Assembly (NCBI RefSeq): GCF_006345805.1
Contig: NW_021832010.1
Location: forward strand, 11,548-75,547
DNA from: Octopus sinensis
Lineage: Eukaryota
Direction: 5' to 3'
DNA length: 64,000 nt
Part shown: piece by piece, positions 24,990-37,620 of the stretch
How positions within the stretch are numbered: the first letter of the stretch is position 1
Layout: every line of letters starts with the position of its first letter
Notes under the pieces: generated by a model
Databases searched by the model: none
Told to the model about the DNA's origin: nothing
What the model saw: only the letters and a program-made list of their open reading frames with translations
Made by a program: the position numbers and the translations under genes

Positions 24990-25535
24990 TTTTTATTAAT
25001 AAAAAGACAAGAGAAAAATGGGCATTGGCAGATAGCCAGAGTATTGCCTCTGACTATGGCTATTCGTTCGATTAAATACCGGTGCTCACACGGGTCGCCA
25101 GTAACCCTTTCCATTATTGAGCCAATCTGTTGAAGTAGGCTCCGAGTAGTAAGCCCTTGTATTCCTGACGTCTCAACAGCCAAGGGAACAAACACTCTGC
25201 CATTCCCAATTCCAGTGTATTTCTCACTCTTTCTCTTTTCAGCCCGTTCAGACGGGGCTCCCGGATTTTCGATACTTGATATTCTGATTGGAAAAGGAGT
25301 TCACGCACGTGACGTTCCAAACCAGACACTTTTCCCTCTAAAAAGGAAAGGTGGTCATCCCATCGGGTCTTCTGCCCTCCTCTAAAAAATCCCTGCAGGT
25401 TCCAATTGTGTGTGGAATCCAGCAGTTCGGAGAGATCGACAGATGATTAGGTTCAGTTCGGAATTTCGTAAGAACGTCCAATTCCGTTTCGGCATGAGAG
25501 GAAGTGATATCCAAACTTGTCAGTCCATACGCCAC
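24990..25535 (-). mobile_element. CRE-clade non-LTR retrotransposon 3' (RLE) fragment
   Basis: GRRPDGMTTFPF..GKCLVWNVTC and FVPLAVETSGIQG...GDPCEHRYLIERIAIVRGN, which are CRE-type restriction-like endonuclease motifs. Confidence 0.8.
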
Positions 25536-25573
25536 AGCTCATTGGTGTTTTGCATAAACGAGCAGACCAAACC

Positions 25574-26104
<531 letters not shown>

Positions 26105-26129
26105 TTGTGAATTATAATAAACTGTAGAA

Positions 26130-26921
26130 AATTTACCGTGTTTTATATTAAATACATTGCACATTTCTATTGCAGTGGAGTTAAATAACATCCTTAATTT
26201 TCTCTATAACTTCTTTGGCTCTTTTTGTTTTTAAAGGACTAGTCCAACAAAATTTTGAAAATGAATCCAGTCCTACTAACAACCAGGCATAGCCTTGATT
26301 GAATTCAGTATAATGACGAAGATTAATAAGGTCAAAAATGTATCTCTCTTATTGAAAATGCCCTGATTGGCTGTATCACGGGTCTTGTAATCATTAAATT
26401 TTTTCCCTTGCATACCGGGCAAGAGTCCAAAACCCTTATTACATCAGATCTGTAACTCCATAAACATTTCTTTTAATAGACCCATTAGTCTATCACCCCC
26501 GGGATGCCCATTTGATTCGTGTACTTCATTGATGAATTGCATTTTTTCATTCATCTCACATGAAGAAAAAACACGGAATAACACTCCAGGTGCAGCACGA
26601 AAATATAAAATTTCCGACGATTCAATTCGTTTTAATTTAAATCTGAAAATTTCTTTTCGATTGAGAACAAGAATCGAGATATTTTCCGTTCCTCAAATAT
26701 TCGATAATTTGTTAAACTCACCCATAAGTAAGGTCACAATGTCGCATCGCATGTCATAATTTGATATGTAAAAATAAAATTTTAGACAAGCCATTTTAAA
26801 ATTATAAATTAAACATTAAAATTATTGTAAAAAAGTAAAATACTATTTTTTACATATAATTTATGTCTGCTATTTACTTTTGCCTTTTTAATTCAAAGTG
26901 GGTCCCTTCAGACCTGTGACA
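26130..26921 (-). mobile_element. Ginger2/TDD-like transposon 5' half (H2C2 zinc finger plus start of rve integrase)
   Basis: Terminus tgtcacaggtctgaagggaccc at 26921. Frameshifted translation YLRNGKY...EVHESNGHPGGDRL...VLDSCPVCKGKN...PVIQPIRAFSIRERYIFDLINLRHY...YAWLLVGLDSFSKFCWTSPLKTKRAKEV. No matching second TIR was found. Confidence 0.85.
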
Positions 26922-27518
26922 TTAATTAACACAGCGTTCTTCGCATCTGCGCATTCTTTTTTCCTTTTCAATATTTTATCCCGTGCATCAAAATTTTTAT
27001 GGACAATTTCATGCCGACAGGTCTATTTCTTTGCTATTGACTTATCAAATGGAACGGCATTAAAAACAATTGTGTAAGTCGGCGGTTAATATCATAATTC
27101 TATTATCCGGCTCAATATTATTTTTTCATGTCTCAATTTTGTTTTTAAAAAAGACAATCATAGTTGATAATATATTTATCATAGTCGACGACTGGATGTA
27201 TCTACATGTTTTCTCATTCATGTTTAATGATGTGATATTTTTGAGTATATCCCAAGAAAATATAATATTCAGTTTTTGCATGATATATTAGCTTGACAAA
27301 TGTAAATATAACTGACATCACAGATGCAAAAATTAGTTTCATATTACTGAAAACATTTTAGAATGGAAACTGGGTAAATTATTGCTGAAGAAGCATATAA
27401 TATTAGGGCTAAAATCATTTACATTAAAAAACTACTGGGCATTAAAATAAAAAAATAAATACATAACCTAGAAAATTCTTATATTACGAGAACATCATGG
27501 AAGTGTAGGTTTATTTAA

Positions 27519-27790
27519 TGTCACCGGTTTTTAAGCGGACCACTCAAAAAATTGTATAAATCGTTTTCTTTATCCTGAAAATAGTTATACAATAAATTAG
27601 ACCAAAAAAATCTGAGTAAGCAATTGTTTTTTCGAATAAATGCCTTTCCGTCAGAGAATTCAAATTTTTTGAGTGAATTCTCAATCTATGCTTTTCTCTT
27701 TTCATAAAGATCCCTAAACCCTTTGATTTTTTAATTTTTTGAAGATTTGATTTTGAAAGTACAACGAAACCCATTTTTACGTTGAATTTA
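27519..27790 (-). mobile_element. Ginger-like element remnant (one TGTCACC end plus N-terminal fragment)
   Basis: tttaa|tgtcaccgg terminus. ORF MGFVVLSKSNLQKIK resembles MVLVELTRDTLEKIR of the 44362-45576 element. Confidence 0.45.
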
Positions 27791-28799
27791 ATTAATTAAT
27801 TATTACAATAATATAATAAAAATAAAACCAATTTTTATTTTAGTAAATATGTTAGAAGTGCTTTTTTTAATGCACATCGACAATTAATAACATTAAATAC
27901 TTTGTACAAGTGATATTAGCAACTTGAGAAGTATTCTGAAATTTTTTTCACCCGGAATTCGCGAGATTTAGTGCCGTGTTGACTAAACAATACCAATGAC
28001 GGCATGTGACTTACCTAATAAATATAAAAGTGAGGAATTTGCTGAAATATTATGGATTACTGGAAGTATAGACTATCCCCGCATCCAGCTTGTCTTTCAT
28101 TATATGAGAGAATACGGAATAAAGTCTATTTACCCCGTTACATTTAATTAATTTCTCTTTACAGAATAAGATAAGCCAATGGACATTTCCATTTACAACA
28201 CTTTTTTCGAAATTATCATAACTTGATTCAATTATATTCCCTGACTAAAAAATTAGCCCACACAGAAACTTTATTTTGTCTAAGCAGTCGAGTTTAATGA
28301 CAAATGTCATGATGCCCTAATAAATCATGTTCTAGTCAAATATACCATGATGGGATGACCATGACCAAAAAGCATGAAGCTTTTTATTCATGCAAAGTGA
28401 CCAAAAATAATACTGTCGACAATACATGGAACATTAATAATTAATGCATCTCTTATTGAGTTCCAGTTTTGGTTAACCAACTCAAAAATATATTAAAAAT
28501 TATATAAAATAAGAAGATGAGTCCCCAGTTTATAAGATTCTTTTAGCTAACTCAAATATTTGTGATAAAATTGTACAAACAAAATGAAGTCTCCTAACAT
28601 AAACCAAAATGACTGTTTAGATTTAACAACGCGCTACTAAAACAACAAGAAATTCCCTTCTACATACTCACTACAGAATTTGGACATTTAAGTTTCCATA
28701 TCTTAATAATAAAATGGTATGGTGTGTGTCTGTCTGCCTGTCTGTCTGTGTGTCTGTCTGTCTGTCTGTGTGTGCACACCAACTTCAAATTGGCAATAC

Positions 28800-29928
28800 G
28801 ATGTCCTCGACTTACATGATGAGGTCCTTAAAACCTTCCCCCCAAAAAAATTAAAAAATTTTTCTGCATTTTGGTTAAAATGAACAACTACAATGTCCTC
28901 GACTTACATGATGAAGTCCTTAAAACCTTCCCCCCAAAAAAAATTAAAAAAAAATTTTCTGGCATTTTGGTTAAAATGAACAACTACAATGTCCTCGACT
29001 TACATGATGAAGTCCTTAAAACCTTCCCCCCAAAAAAATTAAAAAAAAATTTTCTGCTGCATTTTGGTTAAAATGAACAACTACAATGTCCTCAACATAC
29101 ATGATGAAGTCCTTAAAACCTTCCCCCCAAAAAAATTAAAAAATTTTTCTGCATTTTGGTTAAAATGAACAACTACAATGTCCTCGACTTACATGATGAA
29201 GCCTTAAAAACTTCCCCCCAAAAAAATTAAAAAAAAATTTTCTGCATTTTGGTTAAAATGAACAACTACAATGTCCTCGACTTACATGATGAAGTCCTTA
29301 AAACCTTCCCCCCAAAAAAATTAAAAAAAAATTTTCTGCATTTTGGTTAAAATGAAACCTACAATGTCCTCAACTTACATGAAGAAGTCCTTAAAACCTT
29401 CCCCCCCAAAAAAAATTAACAAAAATTTTCTGCATTTTGGTTAAAATGAACAACTACAATGTCCTCGACTTACATGATGAAGTCCTTAAAACCTTCCCCC
29501 CAAAAAAATAAAAAAAAATTTCTGCATTTTGGTTAAAATGAACAACTACAATGTCCTCGACTTACATGATGAAGTCCTTAAAACCTTCCCCCCAAAAAAA
29601 TTAAAAAAAAATTTTCTGCATTTTGGTTAAAATGAACAACTACAATGTCCTCGACTTACATGATGAAGTCCTTAAAACCTTCCCCCCCAAAAAAATTAAA
29701 AAAAAATTTTCTGCATTTTGGTTAAAATGAACAACTACAATGTCCTCGACTTACATGATGAAGTCCTTAAAACCTTCCCCCCCAAAAAAATTAAAAAAAA
29801 AATTTCTGCATTTTGGTTAAAATGAACAACTACAATGTCCTCGACTTACATGATGAAGTCCTTAAAACCTTCCCCCCAAAAAATCAAAAAAAATTATTTT
29901 CTGCATTTTGATTAAAATGAACAACGCG
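28800..29928 (+). repeat. Minisatellite, 12 tandem units of 92-97 bp inside the Helitron
   Basis: Unit starts counted at 28800, 28892, 28988, 29085, 29177, 29270, 29363, 29458, 29550, 29644, 29739 and 29834. Length variation is almost all in C and A homopolymers. There are no spacers. Confidence 0.97.
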
Positions 29929-30416
29929 AATGTCCTCGACATTCATGATGAGGTCCATTAAAACCTTCAAGGCAAAAATCTCACGTATTAAGAATATCCT
30001 TGATGAAAACGACAGCGAGAATATTAACATGATGAACTCCCAATTATTCGCGAAAAGAAATTCAATTCATCCTATGTTTTTCTCTTTAAAATTAAATGCA
30101 TATATCATTATCGACCATGAATCAAAATTAAAGCTATTATCATATTTGACTTTGACAGAATGTGCAATCACAGATTGCACGACTTTGAATAGAGTGTGCA
30201 ATTAACAGATTTTGAAAAACCACTTTGATAGTTGAAACCACATTAGCACAATCATTAACACAATTACCACCAATTGACGCACGACCTTGAATAGAGTGTG
30301 CAATTAACAGATTTTGAAAAACACTTTGATAGTTGAAACCACATTAGCACAACCATTAACACATTTACCACCAATTGACAGCGCAATCAGAAGAATTTGC
30401 GTAAAAATATTAACTA

Positions 30417-32158
30417 CTAGCTCGGCAGCTCGCTTCGCTCACCGCGACCTAGATCCTGCGGAGGGCCTGTTTCATCAAACAACTATAAGTTTATGTAGAT
30501 GTATAAACTACCTGGTTTAATGTAACCCTATTCTATCGCCTGTTGATAAACGATGTTTGTCGTCCGTCCTTCTTGGCATATATGAATAAATTTTCTCTTC
30601 TGCCTACCCTCGAGCATCCACCACATACAACTGTCCATGTGAAAAGCACTCACTCTCTAAAAATAACCCAACTATCTTTAATGACTGTCCCTGGGCCTTG
30701 TTTATTGTCATTGCAAAACTCATCCTCAAAGGAAATTGCAGCCTTTTAAATCTAAATGGTAATTCATCAGAAATTATCGGAATTCGTGGAATATAAACAT
30801 CCTCACCTCTATACTTACCTGTTAATATCGTCGCCTCTATTACGTTAGCCATCAAATTTTTGATAACTAACCTCGTTCCGTTGCATAATTTAGGTGCGCA
30901 AGATTTCGTAATAAACCACTGGAACGCCTATCTTTAACTTTAAAAGATGATTCGGCATTCCAGAGGGATCTAAGGAGTTTAAAAATTCAATCCGGTTGAA
31001 TTTTTAGAAAATAACAAAAAAATAAAGAAAAACAAATAAAAATGAATAATTTAAAAACAAAAAAATAAAAAAAAAAAAAACAAAAAACTTTAAAAATTGT
31101 AAAATAGTATAAACAAAAAAAAATCTGCCGCCACGGCAACAACCAGTCTAATTTTTTAACAGCCAATTAAGATAATGCTTAAGACCTTTATAGTCCGGAG
31201 ATTTAGCTTAGTGACCTTGATTAGACAAATCACTGCGGAAATGGGGCAGCCGGAGATGCGGCAGCAGAGTAGCAGCAGCCAAAAAAGCGACACACTAAAA
31301 GATTTAATTAATTACCTTAAGCTGACCGTTTTTTCTTCAGCTTCGTTTTTCCTCCTTCGGTATCTATTTAAAAAATTTTTTGAATAATAAAAAAGTTTAG
31401 GAAAAGAGGCATACCAAAAATAAATTCTATCTTTACGAAAAACTTAACTAAATAGTTAATATTTTTACGCAAATTCTTCTGATTGCGCTGTCAATTGGTG
31501 GTAAATTGTGTTAATGATTGTGTTAATGATTGTGCTAATGTGGTTTTAACTATCAAAGTGTTTTTCAAAATCTGTTAATGCACACTCTATTCAAGGTCGT
31601 GCAATCTGTAATTGCACATTCTGTCAAAGTCAAATATGATAATAGCTTTAATTTTGATTCATGGTCGATAATGATATATGCATTTAATTTTAAAGAGAAA
31701 ATCATAGGATGAATTGAATTTCTTTATCGCGAATAATTGGGAGTTCATCATTGTTAATATTCTCGCTGTCGTTTTCATCAAGGATATTCTTAATACGTGA
31801 GATTTTGCCTCGAAGGTTTTAATGGACCTCATCATGAATGTCGAGGACATTAACGTTGTTCATTTTAATCAAATGCAGAAAATAATTTGATTTTTTGGCG
31901 GAAGGTTTTAAGGACCTCATCATGTAAGTCGAGGACATCGTAGTTGTTCATTTTAACCAAAATGCAGAGAATTTTTTTTTAATTTTTTTTGGGGGGAAGG
32001 TTTTAAGGACCTCATCATGTAAGTCGAGGACATCGTAGTTGTTCATTTTGACCAAAATGCAGAAAATTTTTTTTTAATTTTTTTGGGGGGAAGGTTTTAA
32101 GGACCTCATCATGTAAGTCGAGGACATCGTATTGCCAATTTGAAGTTGGTGTGCACAC

Positions 32159-32189
<31 letters not shown>

Positions 32190-32215
32190 CACACCATACC
32201 ATTTTATTATTAAGA
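30417..32215 (-). mobile_element. Non-autonomous Helitron (inner copy, 1799 bp, both ends intact)
   Basis: On the minus strand: A|TCttaataataaaatgg at 32215 through to gagCTAG|T at 30417. It has three minisatellite units and helicase fragment [57 protein letters not shown]...RLQFPLRMSFAMTINKAQGQSL..FSHGQLYV. It is inserted between A and T without a TSD, as Helitrons do. Confidence 0.93.
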
Positions 32216-32936
32216 TTTACTTGAGTTTTTCGTAAAGATAGAATTTATTTTCGGTATGCCTCTTTTCCTAAACTTTTTTATTATTCAAAAATAATTTTTT
32301 AAATAGATAACCGAAGGAGGAAAAACGAAGCTGAAGAAAAAACGGTCAGCTTAATAAGGTAATTAATTAAATCTTTTTTGTGTGTCGTTTTTTGGTTGTG
32401 TCTTTCTTGCCTGCCGCATTCCGCCTGCCGCATCTCCCCCTGCCCCATTTCCGCCAGTAAAAAACAAAAAAAGAAAAAAAAGGAAATTACAAAGGAAAAT
32501 GAAAAAATTAAATATAAAAAAAATAAACTACAAAAAATGAAAAAAAAAGTGTGCAATGACAATAAACAAGGCCCAGGGACAGTCATTAAAGGTAGTTGGG
32601 TTATTTTTAGAGAGTGAGTGCTTTTCACATGGACAGCTGTATGTGGGATGCTCGAGGGTAGGCAGAAGAGAAAATTTATTCATATATGCCAAGGAAGGAC
32701 GGACGACAAACATCGTTTATCAACAGGCGATAGAATAGGGTTATTAAACCAGGTAGTTTTATACATCTACATAAACTTATAGTTTTGATGAAACAGGCCC
32801 TCCGCAGGAGCTAGGTCGCGGTGAGCGAAGCGAGCTGCCGAGCTAGTAACTTATAAAGATTGCAGTTGAATAATTCGTTATCTGCTGTCCTCCACTCAAC
32901 TATTTATTCAGCTGGAAAAACAGAAATCAAGAGTAT

Positions 32937-33650
32937 TTGGAACAAACAAGAGCACCGCACAGGGAGATGCCCTATCCTCAGGTTTTGTTTATAACATACC
33001 TAGAGGCAAGTCTACTAGAAGCAAGGAGCAATATCCCCAGACATATAACAGAAGTCATCTACGCAGATGATATAGATCTAAAGACAACAGACCACCAATT
33101 AGAAGGTATTTTCAATAAACTGGTCAACATATTTGAAAAATAACCACGAGAAAACAGAATATACAATAGGTCGGCAATACAAATAACGACACGAGGAAAA
33201 TGGAGGCATACAAAAAAACTTAACACTCTTTTAGGAAATACAAAGAAAATACTACGAAGAAAGCACCAACACCTTCCGCTCTTAGAAGACTAAACAACGT
33301 ATGGTTACAAGATAAACAAATTTATATTTTTTAAAGATCAGATTATACAATATGTTCTTAAAATCAGTCTTATTATACAACTCTACCTGAGTACTCATAA
33401 TGCATGAAATGGAGAATCTAAACTTCTTTCATAGAATGCAGCTCAAATACATTCTAAGAATATTCCGACCAAAGCACATCTAAAAAAATACCTCTACTCC
33501 CATTACCATATATACTCCCCTGGACAGACAAATAAGAAGTAACAAGCCGGGCTTATTTGGTCACATTTTAAGATTGTCCAGAAAAACTCCTGTTAATCTC
33601 GTGATAGAACACCAGTACGTTCCTAACTTTTCTACATCAAGTTTAAAACC
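32937..33650 (+). mobile_element. RTE-like non-LTR RT fragment
   Basis: EVIYADDIDL (YADD motif) followed by degenerate thumb-region sequence (WRHTKKLNTLLG, KIRLYN). Confidence 0.7.
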
Positions 33651-34039
33651 TTGAATGGAAAAAGGCTGACCTTGAGGTCCGAGGGAAACTGATAGCGATT
33701 AAAAAACGTATCCAAGGTGGCAAAAGCGAAATAACTTTACTAAAGTTGTTTTGCGATGTGCTTATTATTAATAATAAATAAAGTTGGGTGACTTGATAGT
33801 GTGTAGTCAAAACTGATGCAATATATATCAAGCATATTTTCCCCGCAAGACGAAGCACAACTAACCAAAAAAGAGGGAAACAACGGAGAAGAGGCATACG
33901 TTGTCTCATTAACTTTCTCTCTCTTTTTTCGGCTTTTCTGTTTTAGTAAAAAAATTCATTCATTCATTCAACTAACCAAATTAATAGACATTTGCACTGT
34001 AATCCACACGCCACATCCAGACTACTTGCATAGGACTCA

Positions 34040-34265
34040 GTTCTCACTCCGTCTGGTCAAGACCCGGTGGTTCGAGGACAGAAGGAAATCCCGCCGAGTC
34101 GAGGGCCCTCCGTATGATGTCATTCATAGCCGAGTGCCTCGGAAAGCGTCCGGCACTCCTCCTGGACGATAATGGATGCAGACCGAAAGGGTCAACAGTG
34201 CAGCCACAAAGACACACGTACGGGACACATTGCCTTAGCCCGAGGCGCAGAGATTCCGATCCTTG
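34040..34265 (-). mobile_element. CRE-clade non-LTR fragment (CCHC knuckle/RLE start)
   Basis: [52 protein letters not shown]. Confidence 0.85.
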
Positions 34266-34406
34266 CCGATTCATCTTCAAGGATTTTTTAAATCATTTTT
34301 TCTAATTTTATTAATAGTCCGCAAACAATTTTTTTGAATTTTTCTGAAAATATCTTAACAACTCGATAATCAGATATTAATTTATTTATGTTTAAATATT
34401 GTAGAA

Positions 34407-35177
34407 CATGGACGGCCACTCAGTCGATCGCGTTGTATTTCTTGGTCGATCGCCTTCGAATAATTTTTTATTTATTTCGCATTATCTTAATTTGCGATGT
34501 TACTAGAAAATATAATAAACAAGTATAAACAAAGATTTAACGATTTCAAGAAATTTTTTACATTTTCTCGTCTCCCTCAAGTCGTTTGTTTTCTAGGAAA
34601 TTCTTCTACAAATGTCAGTGAAGAGTTGAGTTGCAGCTTTGGCGACGATTTCTGGGGTTTCAAGAAAATTACATATTTTGCAGTTTCTTTGCTTCCGTGC
34701 TTACAAAGAAAGACTAAAAAATGTTTCAGAATTTAGAAAGATTTTGACGTTGAACCAATAAAAATTAATTATAAATCGTAAATAACATCATTTTAAAATT
34801 TAAAATGTCAAATGTCAAATGTCAAAATGTGCAGATTTATGTCCAAGAAAAATATCCAATTTTGATTGATTGGTATCTACGATTTTTAAGCTTTAGAACC
34901 CAAATGCAGCTCAGATAAATTCTAAGAATTTGTCTATTATTTTTAAGCATCTTAATACACAACCCGGTTAACGGATGACCATTTGACAGATTGCAAGGAT
35001 AGACCAATAAGGTATACGAGCCAGTATTTGAAATAATCGTAAAAGAATTACAATGCCAAAAATTCCATTAACTTGTAATTATAAAATAAAAATCTTTTTT
35101 ATTAAAATAAATAAATTAATCGCCAAAAAATCGAAATATGAAATTGGTTTGCCGGTGTAAAAAGTTGGCCGCTCCTG
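34407..35177 (+). mobile_element. Old non-autonomous hAT element
   Basis: Imperfect TIRs catggacggccact / agttggccgctcctg and a degenerate 8-bp TSD ttgtagaa / ccgtagaa. A transposase-like remnant (KYKQRFNDFKKF) lies inside. Confidence 0.6.
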
Positions 35178-35396
35178 CCGTAGAACATCAATTTTTTTTA
35201 GACTATAGTCATAAATTACTACATATAAAAAATTAAACATTTTATTTGGTCCGCCTTTGAACTAAATGTTTAGATTAAGGAAATTAGATTTTATTTTATT
35301 TATTATATAAATTTATGAAGAATTCAATATAATTCTATTTCAAATTCATATAAATTATTTGGCGGATTCAATTTTAGATTATTTTAGTGGGTCTAA

Positions 35397-35745
35397 ATGT
35401 TTACAGCCGAATTAAAAAATTCTGGAATATTCCGTCGATTGTTAAACTGCTTGCGAGGATTGGAGTATCAGGGCAAATTCAACGTCAGAGAAAAAGGCAT
35501 GGAAATGCAGGTTTGCGACGGAGAACAGCTCTCCGTGGCCACCTTGTTCTTCACGCCTTTGTGGTTCTCTAGTTTTGAGGTCAATCCAGAATTATCCTTT
35601 GGACTGATACTTCCCCAGTAACCCATAACGTTGTATTTTAGTTTAAAAATTATTTTTGATTGGATTGGGGATGACAAATATGTGGATATTCGGGTCGACA
35701 ATTCTATGGAAGTGATTTCTATCTATTCAGAAAACGGTAACATAT
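35397..35745 (+). pseudogene. Divergent PCNA-like sliding-clamp gene, N-terminal domain only
   Basis: MFTAELKNSGIFRRLLNCLRGLEYQGKFNVREKGMEMQVCDGEQLSVATLFFTPLWFSSFEVNPELSFGLILP|HLKIIFDWIGDDKYVDIRVDNSMEVISLF, with a 24-nt intron, aligns position by position with PCNA residues ~1-100 (MFEARL..LKKVLEALKDL..G+.LQSMDSSHVSLV..F..Y...+.+G+NL..+SKIL). No downstream exons were recognised. Confidence 0.7.
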
Positions 35746-36949
35746 ACGACCACACATAAACAATAAATTTCAAAAATTTTATTTAATTTATAAAACTAAT
35801 TATATCAAAAAAATATATAGAATCAACTGGATCATTTGAATTATATCAAATAAATAACATAAAATTTGACAGGATCACAGTTGATATAAAAGTAAGTAAT
35901 AAGTATTATTTAGGACATTTCCTACGACGCAATAGTGGTGATGGAGTCAGCCAAATTCCAGCAGATCTGCACAAATTTTAGTTCAATGTTCAAAGAAATG
36001 ACAATTCGGACCGACGGGGAGTCCGTGTCCTTTGTGTGTCTCCACAATGTCATCAAAGGTAGGTGGGAAATGACATGTGATTAAGCTCACTTGGAATTGA
36101 AGAAGAGTGATTCGGGAGAGGACCCGGTGTGGATAGAATTCAATAGATATGCCTCGAGGAAGGTTTTGTTGATTCATTTGAACGAGTACTGTCGGGCTGC
36201 CTCTTTGTCTGAGTATGTGGTCATTAAGTTGTCCAATTCCTTTCCTTTGTGTATGTTCTTGCTCGCATTTACTAGGCATTGAGTATAAGCTCCTCAATTC
36301 TTTCGATCAACTCGATGGCAGTCATCTTAGCTTTTATATTACTCCTTCTGATTTATAATTAATATATTTTTGACTTTTATTTGATTCTGTTTACTCTCGA
36401 TTGCTCGCCATTTTTATAACTTGACATTTTTTTGGAAAAAATGTTATTTTTACTAAGAAAATTTAAATTCTTTTACTCCCCACGTTTCGATATTAAAAAT
36501 CAATTTCATGACAATTAATTATTTTAGATTGAACAAACAAAAGATTCTCGAATTAGTTTAATTTATGAGAAAAGTTGTCGTTTTTTGGAACTTAAATATG
36601 CATTAATTGATAATCATTATCTGGATAGATTAAATGGGATCTATTGGAGTTTAACGCAATGATGAGATACTTTTATCGAAAGCAACTTAATTTGCTGTTT
36701 TAAGCGGTTTTTTTGAATTTAAATCCAGCAAAGGTTCATGGAAAAGTTCAAAAAAAGACACACTGTAAAATTACGATTTTTTATGTTAAATTGAGATATA
36801 CTCAGATGTGTTCAAAAAAGAAAATGAGCACTAAAAAAATTATTTTTTCAAAAATAAATGAATAAGTTTTATATTTGCTAAAAAACACAATGGTTGTGCT
36901 TCAACCGATGGATCAGAAGATCATTATTATTAGCACGAGAGCCATAATG

Positions 36950-37620
36950 TTTATAACCCCGCACGTGCAGAAAAAGAAATTAGAGAACTAATTAGATTGC
37001 TCCAAGCTCTCCTGTTCTTAGCTAGTTTCCTCAGAGAGTCCAGATCGTCGCCAGATGCCAATGTTTTCTTAACGGTTTTCAGATCTTTTTTTAAAATGAT
37101 TGGGACAGTAGTTCTCGGTCTTTTACGAAAGCGTCCTACATTAGAGGAAAGGTAGTAATCCTCCATTGCGATGTTCGGGGGATGTCGAGTGTAACTACAC
37201 GACATGTCAAAAAAGTGTTTAACGAAAGCTTATAATCTGGGGGTACTGTCACACTTATTGTACAGTGCGCTTTGCGAAATCCTGGATGGCCAAAACATTC
37301 CAGTTATGTTTTTAGATGATTCCTGTGAAACGAATCGAGCTTCTCCAACTCCTCTTTTCTTGTGTCCCAGGTCCAAGAGTTTTATAAGAAGATTGGTTTG
37401 ATAAATGTGTCGAATATTCATAGTTTTTCAGTTTGTGTAATGCCCCGCTTGCCAGGGTTTTCCTTTGTATGATATCTTCACTGTCATCTAATAAAGAGCC
37501 AAGTTTCTTACCGCTTCTCCATTTCTCTTCGAGTGAATTGTTCATTCGTTTTATTCTGTTCATTCTGTTTTTTCCTATTCATGATATGAAACCATTTTCC
37601 AAGTATATCTGATGCATTTT
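36950..37620 (-). mobile_element. RTE-like non-LTR retrotransposon 3' half; second copy at 48430-48745
   Basis: NNSLEEKWRSGKKLGSLLDDSEDIIQRKTLASGALHKLK...WPSRISQSALY...GRFRKRPRTTVP. The nucleotide homolog at 48430-48745 is obvious by eye. Confidence 0.75.

Larger units (their letters stand above)
28701..32846 (+). mobile_element. Non-autonomous Helitron (outer copy), split by a nested inverted sister copy
   Basis: A|TC 5' end at 28701 followed by a (GTCT)n microsatellite. 3' end gcggtgagcgaagcgagctgccgagCTAG|T at 32846. It carries degenerate PIF1-type helicase sequence (MTINKAQGQSLKVVGL..FSHGQLYVGCSRVG at 32556-32738). Own segments are 28701-30416 and 32216-32846. Confidence 0.9.

Noticed and set aside
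28800-29928. CRISPR array
   Set aside because: Units are contiguous near-identical ~93-bp repeats with no unique spacers, there are no cas genes, the context is eukaryotic, and the array lies inside a Helitron.
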